Positions 8,504-14,107 of a DNA stretch of 14,107 nt are shown piece by piece. Position numbers and translations under genes: made by a program. Source of the stretch: Ignavibacteria bacterium (GTDB lineage Bacteria; Elusimicrobiota; Endomicrobiia; PHAN01); NCBI GenBank assembly GCA_041694835.1, contig JBGFRZ010000051.1, positions 1-14,107 on the forward strand, given 5' to 3'. Position 1 is the first letter of the stretch. Each line of letters begins with the position of its first letter. Under the pieces are notes generated by a model. The model saw nothing but the letters and a program-made list of their open reading frames with translations. It made no database searches and had not been told where the DNA came from.

Positions 8504-8706
8504 AAAACTCGCATACGACAAAACCCGTTGAAAAAATCGAGGTCAAAGGCTTTTCTTATTATATTGGCGACGAAATGCTCAAAGAGTATAGTGCGCTCTC
8601 TGTGGAAAAAAAACTCGCGTGGCTACATTCCGCTAATGTATTTGAAAATGGATTAAGCGCGAAAGTCAGAATACTTCATGAGAAATTCAGAAAAGCGAAA
8701 ATGTAA
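8500..8706 (+). CDS. Small hypothetical protein coupled to the nucleotidyltransferase
   Basis: GTGA overlap with the upstream stop. 68 aa with the helical motif 'LKEYSALSVEKKLAWL'. Confidence 0.65.
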   Translation: MKNSHTTKPVEKIEVKGFSYYIGDEMLKEYSALSVEKKLAWLHSANVFENGLSAKVRILHEKFRKAKM

Positions 8707-9462
8707 TTGGGGACGGTCCTCAATTATCAGTATGGTTCTGTAAAATGTGGTAAAAAATGGGAAGATTAGCGAGATTTATTCCTGGAAATTCGTATTTTCA
8801 TGTTTTGTCACGCGGCAACAATCGGCAGAAAGTATTTTTTGACGTTTCAGATTATGAAAATTTCATAAAAATATTGGTGTTTTGCAAAGGACGTTTTTCA
8901 TGGCGCGTCATTCACTATGTATTGATGAGCAATCACTACCATCTGATTGTTTATAATGAAACGCCTAAAAATTTAAGTGACGGGGTAAAGATGTTGAATC
9001 AGAGTTATGTTAAATACTACCGAAAAAAATATCAGGGATGCGGACACCTTTGGCAAGATAGGTTCAAAAGTTTCGTGATAGAGGATGGCAGATATATCTT
9101 GGAATGCGGGAGGTATATAGAATTGAATCCCATCAATGCCGATATAATTGAACGTCCCGAAGATTACAAATATAGCAGTTATAGTTTTTACGCTTTTGGC
9201 AAGAAAAATTCGCTGATAGATTATAATCCGGAGTATTTGAGATTATCGGATGATTTTGAAAGAAGGCGGTTTATTTATCGTGAGTTTGTTCAAAATGGAT
9301 TAAAGGAAAGGCGTGGGATTGAGCGATATTTCCGGACAGGATTTTATGGCAGCGATGAGGGAAAAAGAAAATATGACACATTGGGATTGCGCTCCAGGAA
9401 TTTCAAGACAGGTCCCCGGTCACCAAGAAGCAGTAGTTGCCAATTGAGGACCGTCCCCAATT
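8705..9462 (+). mobile_element. RAYT-type element bounded by perfect 21-bp inverted repeats
   Basis: AATTGGGGACGGTCCTCAATT (8705-8725) and its exact reverse complement AATTGAGGACCGTCCCCAATT (9442-9462) enclose a Y1 HUH transposase. Each end is itself a near-perfect palindrome. Confidence 0.8.
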
Positions 9463-9467
9463 CCTGA
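8757..9467 (+). CDS. rayT: REP-associated tyrosine transposase (RAYT, Y1_Tnp/IS200-like HUH superfamily)
   Basis: 'YFHVLSRGNNRQKVF', HUH motif 'YVLMSNHYHL', 'HLWQDRFKS', catalytic Tyr region 'RYIELNP', and 'DYKYSSY'. Confidence 0.9.
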   Translation: MGRLARFIPGNSYFHVLSRGNNRQKVFFDVSDYENFIKILVFCKGRFSWRVIHYVLMSNHYHLIVYNETPKNLSDGVKMLNQSYVKYYRKKYQGCGHLWQDRFKSFVIEDGRYILECGRYIELNPINADIIERPEDYKYSSYSFYAFGKKNSLIDYNPEYLRLSDDFERRRFIYREFVQNGLKERRGIERYFRTGFYGSDEGKRKYDTLGLRSRNFKTGPRSPRSSSCQLRTVPNS

Positions 9468-9508
9468 CCAATTTCGCCAATTTCGATTAGAACCGTCGCA
9501 TTTTTTTT

Positions 9509-11068
9509 ATGAATTCTTTTGTAGTATCAATATTCGGTATCGCACTTACTCTGTTATTTTATTTCAGTGATTTGAGTGCGCAAGAGGTTTTATTAAGTGA
9601 GAATTTTGAGGGTGTTAGCGTCGGACAACTGCCTCCTGGATGGGCCAAATACGGCACAGGCAGTTTCGGCGTTGTCGACGCCGACCCGTCAAATCTCAAT
9701 AGAAAATCTCTGCGGATAAGCTCCAACACAATTTCCGACAAAACTTCGGTGTCCACAATTTACGTTTATTTCGTCATTCAGACGACGCCCGGCTACACTT
9801 ACAGTTTTTCATCGGATATTTACGATAATTCTGCCACCACATCCACTATTTCCATTTACTGGTATCCAACTGCGGACGGTTCGGGTTCCAATGTTGGCAT
9901 TGTAGAGAGCGATATGAGTGTCGACTCCGCAGTATCGTGGAGGAACCTGAATGTGAAAGACGATGCCCCATCCGGCGTCTATTCGGCAAAATTTCGCCTG
10001 AATTTCAAGGTCCCGCGGCCAGCTGGCGATTATTCTATTTTTTATGATAGTGTGACTGTGCTTGCCACTAAGGGTTTTATACCCGAAGATACAATCGGGT
10101 CACTTGACGCTATTATTACGGAAGTGGCGCCGTCTGAATCCCAGGACTGGATAGAATTTTTTGTGCTCGCGGATGGCAATACCTGCGGAATGAGAATCTA
10201 TGAAAACAAGGTGCCGGTTAAAAAACTGCAATGGCTGCCGAAGGGCTCTACTTATTATGTCGGAGCTGATGTTAAAAAAGGCGACTTCATTTTGCTTCGT
10301 TTTAACTCAAACGCTGATGATGAACGGAGTGTCAGGAACGGTGTAATAACTTTTCACACCACGGATTCCGGACTTACCGGCACGGACAACGTGGTGTCTC
10401 TGATGCGGAGCCCGACGAATTACGTCGATGTGTGCGCATATTCAAATTACGATGGTACCTTATCGGCTGACAATATACGAGAATTTGGCAATGCAATGAT
10501 TGCTGGCCTATGGATGCCTTCCATATCCACTGCCACGGCGACTAAATCAGAATTAGAAAATAACATGGTGGGTAAATGGACAGAAAAATCGGGGAGTGCC
10601 ATTGTAAGAAAAGTCAAAAATGTCGCGGGCAGCCGACTGCCTGTGCTCAATACCGATGTCGCCGCGTCTAAAGACGCTTGGGAAATAAAAACAACACAGA
10701 CGCCCGGCAGAGGATACACTTTTATCGAAATAGAACCCATTGCTCTAAAAATAAAAGGTCCAAATCCGTTTAACTCGCTCAAGCAGAAAGTTGAACTTAC
10801 TTTTAGCATAGGTGATAAAAGCATCAAAACCCTTCGGGTCTTTGACGTGAAAGGCAGGGAAATCAGACGTTTAATTGACCAGGACAAAAAATACGACGCT
10901 TCATCGCTTGGCGGCATAGGCGCCGATATAGTTTACTGGGACGGTAAGGATTCCGATGGCGACAGAGTCCCGACGGGAATATATATATTGCATCTTGAAG
11001 CGTATGATGCTACATCAGGTGAAACTTCTAAAACATTTGCAACAGTCGGGGTCTTCAGGGGAAAGTAA
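9509..11068 (+). CDS. Secreted CBM-like + lamin-tail-domain protein with a FlgD-Ig/T9SS-like C-terminal domain
   Basis: Signal peptide ending DLSA/Q; 'ENFE...PPGW...IFYDSV'; LTD 'IITEVAPSESQDWIEF'; C-terminal 'PNPFN...RVFDVKGREIRRL...YWDGKDSDGDRVPTGIYI'. Confidence 0.85.
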   Translation: MNSFVVSIFGIALTLLFYFSDLSAQEVLLSENFEGVSVGQLPPGWAKYGTGSFGVVDADPSNLNRKSLRISSNTISDKTSVSTIYVYFVIQTTPGYTYSFSSDIYDNSATTSTISIYWYPTADGSGSNVGIVESDMSVDSAVSWRNLNVKDDAPSGVYSAKFRLNFKVPRPAGDYSIFYDSVTVLATKGFIPEDTIGSLDAIITEVAPSESQDWIEFFVLADGNTCGMRIYENKVPVKKLQWLPKGSTYYVGADVKKGDFILLRFNSNADDERSVRNGVITFHTTDSGLTGTDNVVSLMRSPTNYVDVCAYSNYDGTLSADNIREFGNAMIAGLWMPSISTATATKSELENNMVGKWTEKSGSAIVRKVKNVAGSRLPVLNTDVAASKDAWEIKTTQTPGRGYTFIEIEPIALKIKGPNPFNSLKQKVELTFSIGDKSIKTLRVFDVKGREIRRLIDQDKKYDASSLGGIGADIVYWDGKDSDGDRVPTGIYILHLEAYDATSGETSKTFATVGVFRGK

Positions 11069-11072
11069 AAAT

Positions 11073-11253
11073 AGGTGAAGGTAAAGGTAGAGGTGGAAAG
11101 TTAAAAGCGAATAGTGAATTATGAATTCAGAATTATGAAAAACGACATTGGAAAACTTTTTTCATTCATCATTCATTATTCATTATTCAGCACCGCAAGG
11201 CGGTGCGGCTACTATTTGCTATTCGCTATTTGCTATTCGCTATTTGCTGTTCC
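11073..11253 (+). repeat. Nested repeat arms: (AGGTRR)x4, GAATT-type heptamers, inverted TTCATTA heptamers, a GC hairpin, and CTATT(T/C)G heptamers
   Basis: Hexamers 11073-11096; heptamers 11107-11141; TTCATCA/TTCATTA 11165-11192; GCACCGC-aag-GCGGTGC 11190-11206; five CTATT(T/C)G units 11212-11246. Confidence 0.85.
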
Positions 11254-12106
11254 CCGTCTATTCGCTCAGGCAAATATCAGCACCGGCATTGAAGTAATAG
11301 AGATCAATTTCGACGACGATATCGACGACGACGGCTTTGAATGGCTCAAACTACAAAACAGAACCGGCCGTTCCATAGATATTTCCGGATGGAGAGTCGT
11401 AGGAAAAACACTATCGCAAGCGCCCGGTTGGGGCGATATCAAAAACATCCCGCAAGGCGCTACCTTTGTTATTTCCGAGCCCGCTGTCGGTTTAAACAAT
11501 TTTGCCACAAGATATGGTTCATTTAAAAATACCAATAACTATCTTGCCATAGCCAGTGGTAATTTATCGCTCAGCAATACGGGCGGACGCATAACAATAT
11601 CATCGATGACATCGGGGGATATCCAGGATTTCAATTATTATCCCGTAGAAGAGAATTATTCCGTCGTGAAAATATCTTTTGACGCCGACGAAACATTGCG
11701 GTCTTCATGGAGAATTGGGACGCCTGGCGGGACGCCTTTTGAGGTTGGCGCTGTATCGACCGCCCCTGCTACGATTTTGCTTACCATTGACGAAAACACA
11801 AACCCGTTTAATCCCCATGTTTATCAATCTGTTGCCATTAACTTTGAATCGGATAGTTCCGCTGTGAAAAATTTGTATATAATTGATGTTACAGGAAAAG
11901 AAGTCGTGAGATTGGTTTCAAATGATATAACGTTTTATGGAGCTTCGCTTGCTGGTATAAATAAAGCCATACTATATTGGAACGGGAAAAATTTTGCCGG
12001 CGAGATAGTCCCCGTCGGTATTTATGTAGTGTGCTTTGAAACCGTCGATACGAACAAAAAAATCAACCGTCTTAAAAGGGTTGTTGTCGTCGGCAGACAA
12101 TTTTAA
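11114..12106 (+). CDS. Secreted lamin-tail-domain protein with a FlgD-Ig/T9SS-like C-terminal domain
   Basis: Repeat-encoded signal peptide ending RLFA/Q; LTD 'IEINFD...FEWLKLQN...IDISGWRV...LSNTGGRITI...GTPGG'; C-terminal 'TNPFNP...IIDVTGKEV...WNGKNFAGEIVPVGIY'. The start is GTG 11114 or ATG 11135. Confidence 0.8.
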   Translation: MNYEFRIMKNDIGKLFSFIIHYSLFSTARRCGYYLLFAICYSLFAVPRLFAQANISTGIEVIEINFDDDIDDDGFEWLKLQNRTGRSIDISGWRVVGKTLSQAPGWGDIKNIPQGATFVISEPAVGLNNFATRYGSFKNTNNYLAIASGNLSLSNTGGRITISSMTSGDIQDFNYYPVEENYSVVKISFDADETLRSSWRIGTPGGTPFEVGAVSTAPATILLTIDENTNPFNPHVYQSVAINFESDSSAVKNLYIIDVTGKEVVRLVSNDITFYGASLAGINKAILYWNGKNFAGEIVPVGIYVVCFETVDTNKKINRLKRVVVVGRQF

Positions 12107-12192
12107 CACACCCCCGCCCCCTCTTGATAGAGGGGAAAAAGACGCACTTGATATTGAATGTCAAATTCAACATAAATTTAGGGTGTGTTAAA
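12102..12192. repeat. 91-bp REPIN/MITE-like element with 12-bp terminal inverted repeats and an internal REP-like hairpin
   Basis: TTTAACACACCC (12102-12113) is the exact reverse complement of GGGTGTGTTAAA (12181-12192). Internal CCCCTCT-tgat-AGAGGGG at 12118-12135. Confidence 0.75.
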
Positions 12193-12204
12193 GAGGTTAA
12201 ATTT

Positions 12205-13998
12205 ATGAAAAAACTAATAATGCGCAAGAGCACAAGTGCACAAGAGCGCAAGGGACAAGACAATGCAGCAGAGCAGCAGAGCAGCAGAGCAGTGGCTCGT
12301 GGTTCGTGGTTCGTGGCTCGATTTCAACATCTCCCAGTCACCAGCCACCAGTCACCATCCACTATTTGCTATTCCCTACTGCCTATTGTCTATTGCCTAT
12401 TTTTAACTATTTCCTATTCCCTATTGCCTATTGCCTGTCTTTACGGTGCTTTCGAAGAAAAAATACCTTCCGCGAGAAACGCCGGTCTCTCAGGTGCAGC
12501 AGTTGCTTTGTCAAACGATTCCGATCTTATTTTTTACAACCCCGCATCGCTGGGGCAACTCCCCGGGGCGAGTTTTTCATTCTCTCATACATCGCTCTTT
12601 AATATATCCGATTTATCTTACATGGTTTTCACGGGGGCAGTTCCGACAAGAGCGCTTGGAAGTTTCGGTTTTGCGTATTCTCAGTTTGGTCCGGCAATTT
12701 ATAAAGAAACTGAGGTTGTCCTCTCGCACTCCTTTTCTTTGGGCAGAAAATTTCTTTTCGGCTATAACATAAAAAATCAGTCGGTGAATATTAAAAATTT
12801 CGGCTCGGCAAGCGGAATGGGTATAGATGTCGGCGTCTACAGCATCGTGCTCAATAATGTTGCGGCCGGATTTTCCGTCAAAAACTTAAACAACCCCACA
12901 CTTGGAGCGACGGCAGAAACGCTTCCGCAAAACTACAGAATCGGCATAACATATTTTCCCGAGTTGGGCATTGTTTTTCTTCTTGATATGAGCAAGGATA
13001 TTCTGGCGGATGAACTTTCATATCATGCCGGCGGAGAAATCAATATCACGAAAAACTTTATTTTCAGAGCGGGCACAAGAACAAATCCTGCCGGATTTTC
13101 TGCTGGTTTTGGCGTTGTTTTCAACGCTTTCAGATTAAACTACGCTATGCTCACTCACCCCGTCCTTGACGCTCAGCACTTCTTTACTCTCGGAGTGAGA
13201 TTCGGCCAGGAAGAAGTGGATGTGTCGCCCGGGCGTCGGCCGGGACGCCGCACAAGAAGAAGAACCGCCGACACAAGAGCGCGGGAAGACACCGACGAAG
13301 CGTTAAAGAGTTTGATAGTCAATATAAACACCGCTACGCTCGAAGAGTTAGACCAGATTCCCGGCGTCGGCGCTTTGACTGCCCAAAGAATTATTGACTA
13401 CCGTCAGGAAAGAGGACGGTTTGGCACAATCGAAGATCTGATGAATGTCCAGAGAATAACAAAAAAGACATTCGAAAAAATAAGGCCTTATATAACGGTT
13501 GAAGATGTAAAAAAGGCGCCGAAAGAGATTGCGCCACCTGAAGAAGTTGCACCGAAGCTCGTTCCGAAAGTTCCGGTTCAAAAGACAGAAGAGTTTCCCG
13601 ATGAACCCGAGGAAGAATCATCTGCCCCGGTTTTGCCTCCCGCTAAAGAAAAGAAAAAACCGCAGCCAATAAAAGTCGAGCCGGAAGTTGTTCCGGTTCT
13701 GGATGCTCCCGTTATTCCTGTTGTGCCCCCGGCACCTGCGCCAACGCCTTCAGCCGCGCCGGTCGGTGAAAAAGAAATTGAACCATCTCTCATCAGCGAT
13801 GACCGTTTGGATGTAAACTTAGCGACGGAGCAGGAGTTGGAAGTCGCTGGTTTTACATCTACTCAGGCAAAAAACATAATCAGATATAGAAAGAAGAGCG
13901 GAAATTTCACTTCCGTTGATAACCTGTTGAAAGTGCCCGGGGTTGACGCAAGAACGGTTGAAAGAGTGAGGGAATTGATAAAAGCAAATAGCAAATAG
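12205..13998 (+). CDS. comEA: PorV-like outer-membrane barrel fused to two ComEA-type helix-hairpin-helix DNA-binding domains
   Basis: Start moved to ATG 12205 (AAGAGG upstream) because the ORF-track start lies inside a palindromic element. 'SARNAGLSGAAVAL...YNPASL' is the barrel N-motif. HhH domains are 'VNINTATLEELDQIPGVGALTAQRIIDYRQERGRF' and 'LDVNLATEQEL...AKNIIRYRKKSGNFTSVDNLLKVPGV', separated by a Pro/Glu/Lys-rich linker. The symbol refers to the ComEA domains only. Confidence 0.8.
   Translation: MKKLIMRKSTSAQERKGQDNAAEQQSSRAVARGSWFVARFQHLPVTSHQSPSTICYSLLPIVYCLFLTISYSLLPIACLYGAFEEKIPSARNAGLSGAAVALSNDSDLIFYNPASLGQLPGASFSFSHTSLFNISDLSYMVFTGAVPTRALGSFGFAYSQFGPAIYKETEVVLSHSFSLGRKFLFGYNIKNQSVNIKNFGSASGMGIDVGVYSIVLNNVAAGFSVKNLNNPTLGATAETLPQNYRIGITYFPELGIVFLLDMSKDILADELSYHAGGEINITKNFIFRAGTRTNPAGFSAGFGVVFNAFRLNYAMLTHPVLDAQHFFTLGVRFGQEEVDVSPGRRPGRRTRRRTADTRAREDTDEALKSLIVNINTATLEELDQIPGVGALTAQRIIDYRQERGRFGTIEDLMNVQRITKKTFEKIRPYITVEDVKKAPKEIAPPEEVAPKLVPKVPVQKTEEFPDEPEEESSAPVLPPAKEKKKPQPIKVEPEVVPVLDAPVIPVVPPAPAPTPSAAPVGEKEIEPSLISDDRLDVNLATEQELEVAGFTSTQAKNIIRYRKKSGNFTSVDNLLKVPGVDARTVERVRELIKANSK
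12222..12441 (+). repeat. Mosaic of five tandem-repeat types within the N-terminal coding region
   Basis: GCRCAAGN x4 (12222-12253), GCAGCAGA x3 (12265-12288), GTGGYTC x4 (12292-12319), CCAKYCA x4 (12334-12361), and about 11 CTATTNN-type units (12362-12441). Confidence 0.9.
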
Positions 13999-14012
13999 CG
14001 AATAGCAAATAG
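13984..14012 (+). repeat. (GCRAATA)x4 heptamer arm, the reverse complement of the CTATTTG arrays
   Basis: gcaaata gcaaata gcgaata gcaaata g spans the ComEA-fusion stop codon and ends just before the next ATG. Confidence 0.9.
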
Positions 14013-14013
14013 T

Positions 14014-14107
14014 ATGAGGCCGCATAAAAATCTTAAAATTTGGGAAAAAGTGATGTTGATGATAGAAGAAATTTATCAGCACACTGGCGGTTTTCCGAGA
14101 GAAGAAG
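14014..14107 (+). CDS. Four-helix-bundle protein (23S rRNA intervening-sequence protein / Avd-like family), 3'-truncated
   Basis: Not in the ORF track. ATG 14014 gives MRPHKNLKIWEKVMLMIEEIYQHTGGFPREE, which matches the family N-terminus 'x(H/F)xxLxVWQKAMxLxxEIYxxTxxFPxEE'. Confidence 0.8.
   Translation, partial: MRPHKNLKIWEKVMLMIEEIYQHTGGFPREE

Noticed and set aside
4613-9500. Integron cassette array
   Set aside because: No tyrosine integrase, and I could not find consistent attC RYYYAAC...GTTRRRY boxes around the small genes.
9501-9508. T8 tract as a phase-variation switch for 9509..11068
   Set aside because: It lies upstream of the ATG, and the frames I checked offer no canonical upstream start before a stop. 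The tract is also short.
12124-12204. ORF-track N-terminal extension of the ComEA fusion
   Set aside because: The TTG start lies in a palindromic element. ATG 12205 has an RBS and an MKK start.
13819-14082. Minus-strand 87-aa ORF containing TICYSLFAICF
   Set aside because: The hydrophobic stretch is just the heptamer array read on the other strand, and the ORF is antisense to two well-supported genes.
14014-14107. Diversity-generating retroelement (Avd-like gene) or 23S rRNA intervening sequence
   Set aside because: No reverse transcriptase, no TR/VR pair with adenine-specific mismatches, and no rRNA sequence seen in the window. The downstream context is not visible.

Overview
A bacterial cell-envelope/secretion locus with every real gene on the + strand. 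The protein style suggests a diderm such as Elusimicrobiota or an FCB relative, which is inference only. The backbone has a 5'-truncated giant CBM/FN3/lamin-tail-domain (LTD) protein with a T9SS-like C-terminal sorting domain, two further LTD proteins with FlgD-Ig/CTD tails, a PorV/PorP-like outer-membrane barrel, a signal-peptide-bearing tandem SpoVG-like protein, and a PorV-like barrel fused to two ComEA helix-hairpin-helix domains. Small AT-rich cassettes sit in the gene junctions: an MNT-HEPN toxin-antitoxin pair, two nucleotidyltransferase + small-protein pairs, a RAYT transposase between perfect 21-bp inverted palindromic ends, and the start of a four-helix-bundle gene. The most unusual signal is a set of 6-8-nt tandem-repeat arms at the junctions. 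(CTATTTG)n encodes the hydrophobic signal-peptide core of three exported proteins in any frame. Its reverse complement (CAAATAG)n supplies the stop codon of the ComEA fusion and precedes the four-helix-bundle gene. All family calls come from motif recognition by eye, and no searches were run.
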